Source of the DNA: Gracilinanus agilis
Lineage: Eukaryota
Reading direction: 5' to 3'
Assembly (NCBI RefSeq): GCF_016433145.1
Contig: NC_058132.1
Location: 90,757,766 to 90,821,765, forward strand
Length of the DNA stretch: 64,000 nucleotides
The notes beneath the pieces are model-generated. The model was not told the origin of the DNA and made no database searches. It saw only the letters and a program-made list of their open reading frames with translations. Positions 12,504 to 25,737 of the stretch are shown here, piece after piece; position 1 is the stretch's first letter; each line of letters opens with the position of its first letter. A program made the translations under genes and the position numbers.

Positions 12504-12634
12504 GGCTAGGCTGAGGAAGGAGGAAGAAAGGATTGGTTTTCTCCAGTAAAACGGGTGTTGGTCAAGGAGTGTCACTGGCCTTCTCTGAGTTCCAGATAGT
12601 GTTCCATAGAGGATCCATCTCTATAGAGATAAGG

Positions 12635-12660
12635 CTGAAAAGGCAGTATAAGAGATTCAG
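12635..12660 (-). promoter_or_regulatory. Probable splice acceptor for the minus-strand OR52 gene
   Basis: Minus strand reads ctcttatactgccttttcAG with AG at 12636-12635, about 130 nt upstream of the ATG. Confidence 0.45.
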
Positions 12661-15600
12661 ATTAAGCCATAAAAATAACTTCTAGATAGACAAGGGGTTG
12701 TTAGGTATTCGGATGTAATGGAAAGGAGAAAATGCAATCTCCTTCTCTGAGGAACAAGAGTCTTCCCTACCTTCCATTAATCCAACTGGAGACAGAGAGA
12801 TGGACGAGACAATCTCTGACCTGGTTCTATAGTAGTGTAAAGAATTAAAATGAATATACTATACTTCTGAGTATTATATTTAATAAATTTATTAATAATA
12901 ACTAAAGTAAAAAGCTAAAGTAGAAAGGATGCTAACCCAGTCACACACTTGGGAAAAGAGAGAGAGGGCACAGCTTACAGCAAACATAAACAAGTGAAGA
13001 CACAAATGTGAGGATGCAGAGAAAGGGATGCTGGGAGATGAAGTCCAAGGATACAAGATTTTCTAACTATATAGTAGCAACAGTTGGAAAGGTATCTACT
13101 TCATCCTCCTTGTCTCCTACTGTTTCCCTATCTACTCTCTCCTTTGGTTCTCTGTCCATCTGTCTTTCCATCTGCCTGAGATTACTCACATGTTCAAAGG
13201 GCCAGATGGGCTACAGTACAGATTCTATAAAGGTGATTTGAAAGATGAAAACTGATCGGCAGCCAATCCTATCAATTATTTTCCCAGAATATTTTATGTA
13301 TCTGTATCTTCCTGACTTCCACATTTACCATTCTAACACAGACCCAAGTCCAGTGGGAGTTTTTATTTTGCCAGACAGAATCACAGAGTTCGAAAAGCCC
13401 TCTAAATGATTAGTCCTCTGTTCAAAATCCTTCAAAGATTCCTTATTAACTTAAGATAACACAAAATTCTCTGGCACTTAAGGTACTCCAAAATTTGGCT
13501 AAAAGCTACATTTCTACCTTTATTTTATATTATTTCCCTCCCTACAATTTATGCTCCAGCCAAACACATTATTCTCTAACCCACTGAAGTATTCCATTGG
13601 TCCTCAAATCTCTACCTTTGAGTATAATGCTCCTTTTGCTTCAAATGTTCTCTCTCCTTATTTGCTCACCTTTTACGTTCTTCCCAATAGCTATGGAATT
13701 CTAATCCATTTTTAAAACTCGTTCAAATGACAATTCCCTAATAAAGACTTGACTGAACTCCACAATTGATTAGAAAAATAATTTACTCAGCCTTGAAAAC
13801 CACAAAGTACTTTGCCTGCATGTCATTAAAGCCCTCAGATGTTGTTTTTACAATTACCAGTATATACGTCATATATCCCTACTAATTAGCAAGTTCTATG
13901 AGAATAGATTATATCTTACATAAAGAGAATATGACTCCAAGTGCTGAGCCATAGAGCTATCATGAGATTAGGTAATGAACTGGAATCTTGGCATAACAAA
14001 TAATGTTGGACCTGGAATAAGGGGATCTTGGTTTGAGGACTTCATCAGACATTTGACTAATAATATAAGGCTAGGCAACCTCCTTCAGCCTCAGTTTCCC
14101 CATCTGTGAAATGGGGATAATAGCAGCTACATCCAGGAGTGAAGTCTTGTGAAGTTAAATTAAATAGCATATATGAAGTACTTTACAAACCTCAAAGTTA
14201 CATAAATATACTAGCTCTTATCATTATTACTATTTGTTCAATATACATCAAATGGTATTGAGAACAAATTGCTATATCAATGTGAGATATTATTGTAGTT
14301 TTCTTCTTAAATCTTGTCTAGATGGGATTTCCTCTAGTCCTACACCAAAGCCACTTGCTACCTCTAGAGCTACCTTGGAGGACTCATTGTATCTGAGCTC
14401 AATATTCCTTTGACCTATAGGAATTTAGCAGCTGAAAAAATTGAGAATTTCTAATTACAATCATCCAACAATAAAACAGGTGCCTTGAGAGGTAGTGCAT
14501 TCCCTATTATGTACATATTCAATCAGGAGCTGTAAACACACTTGTAAGGGACACTTTGGAGAGCATTTGGACACGGCTAGAGAGAGCACTGAAAGAACAC
14601 TGAGCTGGAAGTGAGAAGACAGATTCTGGTCTAATCTCTGCAGGTGGATCTTGGAAAGATACTTTCCCTCTCTATGCCTCAGTTTCGTCACAGGGAAAAT
14701 GAAGGGATAAGTTTGAGATCAAGCCCTTTCCTATTCTAAAATCAGAGAATCTGAGTCAGAAGAAGCAGTGGAAGTATACGTTAAAGGGGAACAGATTTCT
14801 CCTCCAAAATGAGATAATTTAGAACTGTCTCCTCAAAATGTAACCTGTGGAGTCAAGGAAAACATTCTCTAGGTCTTGGTTTCTGATGGTACTAGTTAAT
14901 AGAAGATTGTAAAATTCAAGGAGATATCATATTTTGCCCCTGAGAAGCTACCCAGAGATCTGGTGCCACTTTCAAACTGCATCATCCTGGGCTAACAATT
15001 GTATCTCTCTGGATGTGCCTCCTCTTCTGTTAAATGGGGATGATGATGCTTACATCGGATGATTGAATGAAAGGCTATAAAAGATTCAACTTGTCACATC
15101 ATCACTGTTCCCTCCCAGTATCTCTCACAGAGCTATACCTACCAGGCATGTTGTGTGCAAAATGACTGACTTCTTCCCCCAACATAGATTTACCAAGACC
15201 TGGGAAACAGAATAATTGTCATGTGGTTCCTCTTCTGACAGGGCTTAAGATATAGCGGTCCAGCTGGCCCAAGGTATTTATCCCTTGCTCTAATGACAGT
15301 TCCATTGGGAAAAGAAATTCTCCAAGGTAGGATGGGGAGCTAAAATAGACTTCTGCATAAGCCTTGTGTCTGGGAAAAGCAGCACAAATATCATTCAGGA
15401 ACTTTACCCTCAAAGCAGAGGCAAAAGTATATGAGCAGAAACATAATTGAAGGGGAGGAGGGAGAAAGAACAAAGCAGGAAAGCTAGTTGTGAAACCTGG
15501 TTCTACTAGACTCCTATGTGACACTGGACAAGTTACTCCCTTCTCTAGGTCTCAACTTCTTCATCCACAAAATACAGTGAACTCTTCTTGCCATGCCTTT

Positions 15601-16368
15601 GAAGAGCTAAAATAATGGAAGGGCAAATGATTTCTAAACCATACTTTGGGGTTCAGTTAGGCGGCTGCTGTATGAGCTGAAGAGCATAGCACCTGATGGT
15701 TGTTTCCCCAAATAGGAAAAAAAGGTTATTAGGCTTTAACCATTTACACTGAGGTTGGAGGCCCTTGTCTGTGAACTTCAGGAAACCATAAGAGATTTAG
15801 AACTAGAAGGAACCCTAGAGATTATTTTATATGTGCCCCTTTCATTTATATAAGTATAATCAAGGAAAAGTGGGTTGGATCCTGTCCATAGTCATAAATC
15901 CAGGACATTTGGCTGTGATAAAAACACCTCCTGACTACAATGCCATGTACCCAATTCTTTTATCTAGAGCCAAGCTGCACTTGATCTCTATTGACCTCCT
16001 CTTATCTGAAAACATCTTTTTCCCTCTTCCTTCTGCTGCTTCTTTTCCCTACCTTCACTCACAGTCATCTACTATGTCTCTTCAAATGAAATAATATTTG
16101 TAAAGCATTTTCACAAAAGCCTGGAACATAGTAGGTGCTTAATAAATATTTGTCTCTCCTCCTTCCTTTCAGGCAATGAAGCCCCAGTCCCTGAAACTAC
16201 TCATCATGCCAGCCATGATCCACATGGAAAACTTCACCCAAGACTTTCATACATTGCACAGTCTCTCCCCACTCCTTACCCCATCATTAAGATGGATGGG
16301 AAGCAGTTCCCCATTTCTGTCCACTTTATAAATAGGGCACCACTTCCTGACTAAAGTGGTGAGTTCAT

Positions 16369-16593
16369 GGGGGCAGCTGGGTAGCTCAGTGGATTGAGAG
16401 CCAGACCTAGAGGGGGAAGGTCCTAGGTTCAAATCTGGCCTCAGACACTTCCCAGCTGTGTGACCCTGAACAAGTCACTTGATCCCCCATTGCCTAGCCC
16501 TTACCACTCTTCTGCCTTGGAGCCAATACACAATATTGACTCCAAGACGGAAGATAAGGGTTTTTTTAATAAAAATTTTAAAAATAATAATAA
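16369..16593 (+). mobile_element. Young opossum-type CORE-SINE (SINE1_Mdo-like)
   Basis: ggggcagctgggtagctcagtgg head, A-rich tail, 15-bp TSD taaagtggtgagttc (16352-16366; 16594-16608). Confidence 0.92.
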
Positions 16594-18819
16594 TAAAGTG
16601 GTGAGTTCTACAGGTAGATGAAAGGTCTACTAAATGTTACCTTTTAGGGGCATTTTGGAATTTCTAATGGGACAGCTGCAGATATACCAACTCAATCAAA
16701 AAATTCTAAAAAGCTTTTTCATGCCACAAAGGTAGTGCCAAAGAATTCAGGGGAATGGGGGGGGGGGGGAGAGATGCTGTAGAAGTGAAAGGTCAAGAAG
16801 TCCAAAGCCAAAACAGCTTTTGTCATGTTGCCCAGAGTTGGACTAGATAATTATTGAATGATGCCAGTGGATGGAGGAGAGGAAGACAAGAAACCAGGAA
16901 TGGGAAAGGAGGATGCTATAGTGTATCTTATTGATCTAGATTTAGGAGATGAAGAAACTGAAGATAATTGGCACAGGAAGTGTTTCCCCTCTGAAATAAC
17001 AAACAATAACACTTTTCTCCCCCTGAAAATGTGCTTTGTTTGAAGTGAGCCCATTTTAATTTGCCATCCTTTTCTATAGTATGGCATAGTAGACAGCTCT
17101 AGATTCAGAACCAAATAGACCTGGGATTAAATCCAGTTTCAGACAATTAATGGCTAGTAACCCTAGACAAATAATACTGTCTGCATGCCAATTTTCTGTA
17201 AAATGGAGGTAATGGTACCTTCTCCTCCAGAGTTATTGTGAGGATTTTATAAGATCTATAATGTGCTTTTCAAACCATGAAGTAATATATGTTAGTTATT
17301 ATTATGGCATAGTTGATAAAGCAACTGACTTGCCTTAGAAAGTTGCCTGAGTTCTAATCCTACCTAAGATATTTACTTACTTTGATGTCCCTGACAAGTC
17401 ACTTTAGTCACTTAACCTCAGCTTTAGTTCTTATCTGTAAAATGAATATAATAATAGGATCTACCTTATAGGCTTATGAAGATCAAACATGAAAATAATT
17501 TGCAAGCCCATATAAATTTTCATCCATTATTATTGTATACATTCATACTGTATATATGCATTACACCTTAATCCCTGAACACTACCTTTAGGTGACTGTC
17601 TAAAACTCAGTTACCATGAATACATAATAACATCATCACTGAACATGAGAAGTAACTAATTTCACAAGGCTCTGAATTAGATATTCAACAAAGGAAATTT
17701 TAGGACAAAAATCCCTGCCCTCTAGAAGTTTATAGTCTAGGAAAGCCTCTCTGACATAAATGGACCTGAATAGGACAAGACTGAAATTTGAGCCAATATA
17801 TGATTGGGAGTGATTGAATGATTGTTGACTGATTGATGTTGGTCCTCAGCTGAAATCCTTCCATGATTCACTGTTGTGGAAGTGACAATGAATTTTTGAA
17901 GGCTATGCTAATGTTTTATGAGCTCTAGTAGATGCTACCCATTGGGAAAGGTTATGTCTATGGATCCAATCCATTAGATTGTGAGTTCTTCCATTAGAAT
18001 GTGAATTCCTTAAAAGAAGGAACTGGGTTTTGCCTCTTTTTTTGTATTCTCAGTTCCTAGCACAATGCCTGGGAACTTTCTTCCTCTTCTTCTCGGTCTC
18101 CTGACTTCCCTGGCTTCTTTTAAATCTCAGTCAGTATCCTACCTTTTACAAGAAGTCTTTCCCAGTCTTCCTTAATATTGGTGCCCTCCCCTTTATATTA
18201 TCTCCATTTGTCCTGTAATATATCTTGCTTATACATAGTGTTTGCATCTTATATCATAAACTCCTTAAAAGCAGAGTCTGTTGTTGTTTGCCTTGCTTTA
18301 TATCTCCAGTGCTTAGCACAGTGCCTGACACATAGAAGACGTTTAATAAATGCTTGTTTTCCAACTTGTTATTGACTAACTGGTGCAGTTGACATATAGA
18401 ATGTCAGGGTCCTGGTACAAGACTATAATGACTCTGTAATATACAAGTGGTGCATAAAGTGGTTAAGAAGCAAAAGGCAAAAGGGAAACACAGCCTAATA
18501 TTCACTGACTATAATATCATTTCTCTTTCCAAATCTAAATAAATTTAGAGAAATAAATATGGATGAAATTTGAGGAATGATTTAGCCTAAACTTTTTGAA
18601 TCGATGGGAAAATTAAAAATTGGAGAAAAAGTTAACTTATCCAAAGGTAAAAGGATTAAATACTTTGAATATGAGTTATTATTTCTTCATTTGTTTCCCC
18701 TTCTTCACAAAAGGGATTTTCAATCTTACAAGAGGTTAAATCATACTGTCATGCAGTCAATAACAATGATTTCTTATTCCCTGTTTGTTGATTAAGTTGT
18801 AAAGAAGTAATTACCATTC

Positions 18820-19310
18820 ATCTTTTTCTCAAGTAATATTTTGTTGCATTTTTCCCAATTACATGCAGAAACAATTTTTAACATTTGTTTTCTGACATTT
18901 TGCTATCCAAATTGTCCCTTCTCTCCTCACCCTGCTTCCTGAAATGGCAAGTAATCTGATATATGTTATACATGTGCATATACATGTGATACATATTTCT
19001 TTATTTGACATGTTAAAAAAGAGGATACATATTGAATATACAAGGGGGGAAAACCATGAAAGAAATAAATTGAAAGATGGGATGCTTTGATCTGCATTCA
19101 GACTCCATCAGTTCCTTTGATGACAGGGCATAGCATTTTTTCCATCATGATTTCTTCCGAATTGCCTTAAAATTTTGAATTGCTGATAATAGTTGTCACT
19201 CCCAGTTGATCATCATACAAGATTGTTGCTACTGTGTACAGAGTTCTTCTGGTTCTGCTCACTTCACATTATATCAGTTCATATAAATCTTTCCAGATTT
19301 TTCTGAAATG
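18820..19310 (-). mobile_element. L1 3' end fragment
   Basis: Marsupial L1 3'UTR-type reverse sequence (ttttcccaattacatg..., cattcagactccatcag..., gttgatcatcatacaa...) shared with the 33.1 kb copy. Confidence 0.75.
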
Positions 19311-19323
19311 AATATAGTAGAAT

Positions 19324-20116
19324 TGTAAATTAATATTATCCCTTTAAGCGAGAGAAAAGAAAACTTCTAGCAGCTTTTAACAATTAACAATTTAGTTTAA
19401 TTAAAATAGAAATAGTAACAGAATATAGTAAAATGAATATAGTAAAGAAAACAAATATAGGAAAGAGGTAGAGAAAGAAAAATTTCCTAATGTCTATACC
19501 AGTTATCCTATAACTACCTATAATTACTACCTAAAACTGCCTATATCTATCTATAACTTCCATTAATAGCAACCACCCCACAAAGTTCCAATCTAATCCA
19601 GCCCAATCAAAACCAAACCAATCAGTGTTTAATCCAACCCCAATTAGGTCTGTCAACAAAGACCAGCCACCTCCCTCCAAAAGTTCAAGAAAGGAAAAAA
19701 AAAACCTAAAAGCCCAAATCAAACACCAAAAAGCCCTCTAAAGGCTAAAGCCAAAAAGTCCTCTCAGTAAGCTCAGGCTTGCCTTTATATTCCAGCAACT
19801 AAATGCCAACCACCAACCCAACACACTCCCAGCAGCCAATTTCCCCACAACTGCCAGCCCTAACTGTTAGCAACTGACCCCCACTGTCAGCAACTGACAG
19901 ACCAACTATCAGCAACTGATTCCTTTTATAACCTATTTCTCTACCTCTCTTCCTGCCTCTATGGTTTCTCCTTCCTGTCTCTAAGCTTTCTACTTCCTAT
20001 CACTGTGGTTTCTACTTCCTGTCACAGTGGGCTGGTTAATCCCTACACATCTTTATAGTAAGAGGACCTGAGGTCCCTCATTAAATTAAAAAAGAAATAA
20101 AGAATTACTTATTACA
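19324..20116 (-). mobile_element. Probable solo LTR next to an L1 3' fragment
   Basis: TGTAA...TTACA termini, TATA-like gaatataaaggc on the minus strand at ~19790 and internal short repeats; no target duplication found. Confidence 0.5.
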
Positions 20117-20399
20117 ATCCAAACCTAGTAGTAGTAATCCTGAGTCAAAAGACAGGCAGAGTTTGATGGCCCTTTGGACACCTCTCATTTCTTATTAACT
20201 TAACAAATGAAATCACATCCAAATCTAGTCCCTAAGCTTATTTCTTTCATGTCCATATATATTTTTCCCAGTAGTATGTAAGGTCCTTGAAGGCATAAAT
20301 CATGCCTTTTTGTTGTTGTATCTCTGTCATCTAGACTAGTGTTTGAGAAACCTAAAGATCTCAGCTATTATTTCATTATTTGACAAAAAGTATTAGCAC

Positions 20400-22770
20400 A
20401 TCCTGGGAACAGAGCCCAATTTTAGCATAAAGCTAACAATTAAATTATGAGTAAGCAAAAGAAAAAGAACTTAATCATAGATAACTACTATGGGGATAGA
20501 GAAGACCAAGGTTTGAATTCAAAAGACAGCTCAAAGACCTACTTCTAAAATGTCAAAGAAAAATGTCAAATGTTCATTTGCCCAAAAAGAGTTTTTGGAA
20601 GAGCTTATTTATTTTAAAAGACTTTAAAAACAAACTGAGAGAAAGTGAGGGGGGAAATAGTAGCAATTCAAGAAAATCAAGAATATTATGAAAGATTAGC
20701 TTCTTTGAAAAAAGAGATCCAAAGACTCACCAAAGAAATAGCTCATTAAAAATAAGAATTGGGGAAGAGGAAGCTAATGATGCTTTAATACAATGAGAAA
20801 TACCAAAGAAAATCAAAAACAGAAAAAATAGAATAGAATATGAGACATCTGATTATACAACAAATTGACCTGGAAATCAATTAGATTAAGGAGAGACAAT
20901 GTAGGAATTGTCAGATTACTTGAAACTTATGATCACAAAATGAGTTTAGACAGTATGATTCAGGAAGTTATTAAGAAAAACTGGGGGCAGCTGGGTAGCT
21001 CAGTGGATTGAGAGCCAGGCCTAGAGACAGGAGGTCCTAGGTTCAAATCCAGCCTCAGACACTTCCCAGCTGTGTGACCCTGGGCAAGTCACTTGACCCC
21101 CATTGCCTACCCTTACCACTCTTCCACCTATAAGTCAATACACAGAAGTTAAGGGTTTAAATAATTTTAAAAAAAAAGGACAAAGGACACAGAACACAAT
21201 ATTTTGAAGAGCAGAGGAGCTGTGTTTGCAACCAGAAATATCATATCCATGAAAGCTGAGTATTATTAAATGAGGAAAAAATGGATATTTGATGAACTAA
21301 AGGATTCTCAACTTTTCTTGAGAAAAAGGCCAAAACTGGTTAGAAAATTTTATCTGTAAGAATTATAAGATGGTAAACATAAAAAACCAATTATAACAGA
21401 TTTAATAATAGAAAAAGGTTTATTTTATATATGGGGAAACATTTGTAACCTTTAAGAATGGCATCATTACTTGGGTAGTTTGAAAGAGCTTATATTGATA
21501 GAAGCCTTAAGGTTGAGTTGAATATAATGGAATGAGCAAAACAAAATAAAATAGGCAGGATGCCATAAAATGGAACATTTATCTCATATAAAGAAGCATG
21601 ATCAGAAGAATAGTTACAGTGAAGGGGAAGAAGGATAAGGTTGGGACAGTAATCCTAGAACCTTATTCTCATCAGATCTGGGTTGAAATAAGGAACAACA
21701 TATACAACTAGGAGGGTAAAGTCTTCTTTACTTATAGAGAAATAGGAGGGTGAGGTAATAGGATAAATGAGACACTCTCACAAGGGGCTGTAGATTAAGA
21801 GAAAGAGGGCAAGGGGAAAGAATAAGGGAGAGTCTCTAAGAAGCAGTGCTAATCAGGGAGATAGTGGTCAGAAAAAAATAGACTTTTATGGGGGGGTAGG
21901 GAAAAAAGAGAGGGAGAGAAGGGCAAACAGTGATGAAAGATAGAGGGAAATACACAACTAGTAATTATCATTGACCCGTAAAATGGAAATGGATAGCAGA
22001 ATGGATGAAAAACCAAAATCCAACTTGTAGTTTACAAGAAACACATTTGAAAATGAGAAACACAAAGAGAGCAAAAAGGCTGGAGCAGAATATAGTGTGC
22101 TTCAGCTGATATTTTAAAAAAGCAAGGATAACAATCATGATCTCAGACAAAGTTAAAGCTAAAAAAAAAAAAGCAAGGAAATTATATTATCTTAAAAAGT
22201 ACCATAGATAATGAAGCACTATCAATATTAAACTTATTTCCAACAAATTTTATAGCATCGAGATTTTTAAAGGAAAAGCTAAATGAGTTAGTGGTAGAAA
22301 CAGATGACAAAACAGTAATAGTAGGGGACTTCAACCTTTTCCTCTCAAAATTAGATAAATCTAACCAAAAGTTATATAAGAAAGAAGTTAAGGATATGAG
22401 TAGAATCTTAGATAAGCTAAATAAAATAGGTATTTAAAGAAAACTGAATATTAATTCAAAAGGAGTATAATTTTTTTTCTCAGTGGTATATGGTACCTCT
22501 ACAAAAAATGACTATATGAAGGCAAAAAACTCTAATAGCTAAACTATATAGAAAACATTATCAAATTTATAAGAATAATAATTGTTCTCTATTGATAAGT
22601 GGTCAAAAGGTATGAACAGTTTTTGGATGAAGAAATCAAAGCCATATATAATCATATAAACATGCTCTGAATCATTACTGATTAGATAAATGCAAATCAA
22701 AACAACTCTGAGAGATATCTCACAGGTATCAGATTGACTAAAATGATAAAAGGATGAAATCACAAATTAT
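20400..22770 (+). mobile_element. L1, 5' portion (ORF1, inter-ORF, endonuclease) fused to an ORF2 3' segment
   Basis: ATG 20447 gives MSKQKKKNLIIDNYYGDREDQG (marsupial ORF1 start). Endonuclease motifs (WIKNQNPTCSLQETHLK-like, VGDFN) lie at ~21970-22330, then the sequence jumps to ORF2 C-terminal sequence at ~22560. Confidence 0.85.
20983..21178 (+). mobile_element. Young SINE inserted in L1 ORF1
   Basis: Full head-core-tail sequence ending in an A run. Confidence 0.9.
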
Positions 22771-22944
22771 ATATTTATATAGATCCAGTTAAATTCTATA
22801 GAGGCTAGAATGTTGAACATGAAGTCAGGAAGAACTGAGGTCAAATCATGCCTTAGTCACTTTTTAACAGTATAACCCTAGGCAGATCATTGAATTTCTC
22901 TCAGTCTCAGTTCCCTAATCTGTAAAATGGGGATAGGGCAGGTA

Positions 22945-23390
22945 GATGGGGACATGGATAGAGCCCTGAACCTAGACTCAAGAAGATTTATCTGCCTGAG
23001 TTCAAATCTGGTCTTAAATATTTACTAGCTCTGTGACCCTAGGCCAGTGATTCCCAAAGTGGGCACCACCACCCCCCGTGGGTGCTGCAGTAATCCAGGG
23101 AGGCGGTGATGGCCACAGGTGCATTTATCTTTCCTATTAATTGCCATTAAAATTTTAAAAAATTAATTTCCAGGGTGCTAAGTAATATTTTTTTCTGGAA
23201 AGGGGGCGGTAGGCCAAAAAAGTTTGGGAACCACTGCCCTAGGCAATTCACTGTTGCCTCAGTTTTCTTATCTATAAAATGATGTGGGAAAGGAAAGGAC
23301 AAACCACTCCAGTATCTTTGCCAGGAAAACCCCAAATGGGATCACAAACCATCAGACATGACTGAACAACATCAACAACAACAAAAACTG
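22945..23390 (+). mobile_element. MAR1-type SINE split by the hAT MITE
   Basis: Head ggggcaggtag, core continuing after 23244, tail aaccactccagtatctttgcc...gacatgactgaacaac(aac)n. Confidence 0.8.
23045..23236 (+). mobile_element. 192-bp hAT MITE inserted in a MAR1-type SINE
   Basis: TIR cagtgattcccaaa...tttgggaaccactg and perfect TSD ccctaggc (23037-23044; 23237-23244). Confidence 0.9.
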
Positions 23391-23864
23391 ATATAATAAT
23401 AACTCTTACTTCCCAGGGTTATTATGAGGACCAAATGAGATAACATGTAAAGGACTTTGTACACTTTAAAACATTAAATAAATGCTAATCATAATAAAGA
23501 TACAGATACAAATATTAATAATAATAATAGATTATATGTTCTGGTTGCCAATTATGTGTCAGGCATTGTGCTACATGCTTTATAAACATATATAGATATT
23601 GATATTGATACATATATCTAATTGTTGCATATGGCATGTTACATACAGGTAGATATGTACATACATGTTATTTCCTTTAATATAATGTAAACTCTTTGAA
23701 TGCTTGGACTGTCTTACTGTCATTTTTCTGACCCCTTTGCCTGGAATAGTGTCTGGTGAAGACTAGGTGCTTAATGAATGCCTATTGAACGAATGAAAAC
23801 AAAGTTATTGATGAAGGTTCATGTGAGTCAACAGTACTTTGAACCCAAAGTTGTTTGGCTAGGG

Positions 23865-24057
23865 CAATGATTCCCAAAGTGGGTGCCACTGCCCCCTGGT
23901 GGGTGCTGCAGCAATCCAGTGGGGTGGTGATGGCCACAGGTGCATTTATCTTTCCTATTAATTTCTATTAAAATTTTTTAAAAATTAATTTCCAGGGCAC
24001 TAAGTAATATTTTTTCTGGAAAGGGGACAGTAGACCAAAAAGGTTTGGGAATCACTG
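23865..24057 (+). mobile_element. Third copy of the ~192-bp hAT MITE
   Basis: TIR caatgattcccaaa...tttgggaatcactg; TSD ggctaggg / gtctaggg (7 of 8). Confidence 0.88.
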
Positions 24058-25103
24058 GTCTAGGGGATCCCATAGCTTAATTGTGGAAGTGAGAAATGAT
24101 TCAAGTTGATAAATATAATAAGACGTCCTGATTCTTATATTCAAGGCTCTTTACCATCTGGTTCCAATCAACCTGCATACCCTCTTCTCACATTAGTCCC
24201 CTTATAATCTAACCATATTTATACCAAGTTCTAACCAAAATGGATGACTTGCTGTTGCCTAATTATATCCTACCATCTTCCTCCTCTGTGTTTTTGTATT
24301 TATAATTCTCTTACTGTTTTTATTAGGTTTTTCCAAAATCTCCACAAATTAAAGTTTCTTTTTTCCTTCAAGGTTCAGCTCTCATATCACTTCATCCATA
24401 AAATTTCTTCATCTCCCTGATTGAAAATAATTTCTTCCTCTTCAACTGTCTCAAAGCTCTTTATCTCTATCTTGTTTTCTTAGAAATCATGTTTATTTGT
24501 ATATTTGTGCTCCCTTCCAATTAGATTTTAAGCTCCAGGAAAGCAATTTCTGTGTTAAACCTATGCATTCACATTTCAAGCATGATACATTGTATCCTCT
24601 AATAAATAAGAAATGTGGAATTAGAATTGAAATTGGAATTGAGTAACTGGTCATCATGATGCCATGCACAGTTCTTAAAAAGTGGGGTTTTTTTAAGTTG
24701 AATTAAAGAATCATGCATTTCAGACTCTCAGAGCAAGCAGAGACCTGGGAGGATTTCTAATTAAGTACTAACTTCAGTAGAAATCATATATAACTAGCTT
24801 TCACTTGAAGTTTTCTAGTAAGAGGGAATTTATTACCTCTCAAAGCAACCCACTCAAGTTTTGAACAGCTCTAATTGGTAGGTGGGTTTTCCTTATATCA
24901 TACTTAAACTGTCTTTTCAACTTCAGTCTTTGCTACTAGTCCTGCCCTCTGGGGCAAGGTGAACAAGCCACATATTTATTCTATATGATCACTTTCTTAT
25001 AGCTATTGTCCCTACTCCCCTAAGTCATCTCTTCTCCAAGACAAACATCTCTACTTCCTTTCACTACCCTTGTATATTATGGTCTCTAGAATAGTATAAT
25101 TGA

Positions 25104-25737
25104 TGGCAAACAAATGCAAAAAAGCAAAATAATAAATGCAACCTTATCAGATCATAATGCAATAAAAATAGTTGTTAGTAAGAATACATGGAGAGGCAAA
25201 CCAAAAACTAATTGGAAATTAAATAATATGATTCTCCAAAATAATTTAGTGAAAGAAAAAAATCATAGAAACAATTAATTTCATTGAAGACAATGATAAT
25301 GATGAGACTTCTTACCAAAACCTATGGGATACAGCCAAAGCAGTTCTAAGGGGGAAATTTATATCACTGAGTGTATATATTAACAAATTAGGGAGGGCAG
25401 AGATTAATGAATTAGGCATGCAACTTAAAAACTAGAAAATGAACAAATTAAAAATCCCCAGATGAAAACTAAATTAGAAATACTAAAAATCAAAGGAGAA
25501 ATTAATAAAATCAAAAGTAAAAGAACTATTGAATTAATAAATAAGATTAGAAGCTGGTATTTTGAAAAAAACAGATAAAAGAGACAAAGTACTGGTAAAT
25601 CTAATTAAAAAAAGGAAAGAAGAAAACAAAATTAACAGTATCAAAGATGAAAAGGGAGACCTCACCTCTAATGAAGAGGAAATTAAGGCAATCATTAAAA
25701 ACTATTTTGCCCAATTATATGGCAATAAATATAGCAA
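25104..25737 (+). mobile_element. Internal L1 ORF2 fragment flanked by a 19-bp direct repeat
   Basis: Encodes [47 protein letters not shown]; flanks tctagaatagtata(a/g)ttga at 25085-25103 and 25738-25756. Confidence 0.85.

Noticed and set aside
12504-12575. 24-aa N-terminal extension of the OR in the ORF track
   Set aside because: Depends on a GTG start; ATG 12503 gives a normal OR length with the sequon near the N-terminus.
16280-16335. TATA-like tttataaata plus a minus-strand donor as first exon of the 12 kb OR
   Set aside because: Would give an exon of only ~20 nt, and the motifs are too common in AT-rich DNA.
16757-16769. G homopolymer as a G-quadruplex or regulatory element
   Set aside because: Isolated run with no context; homopolymer lengths are also unreliable in assemblies.
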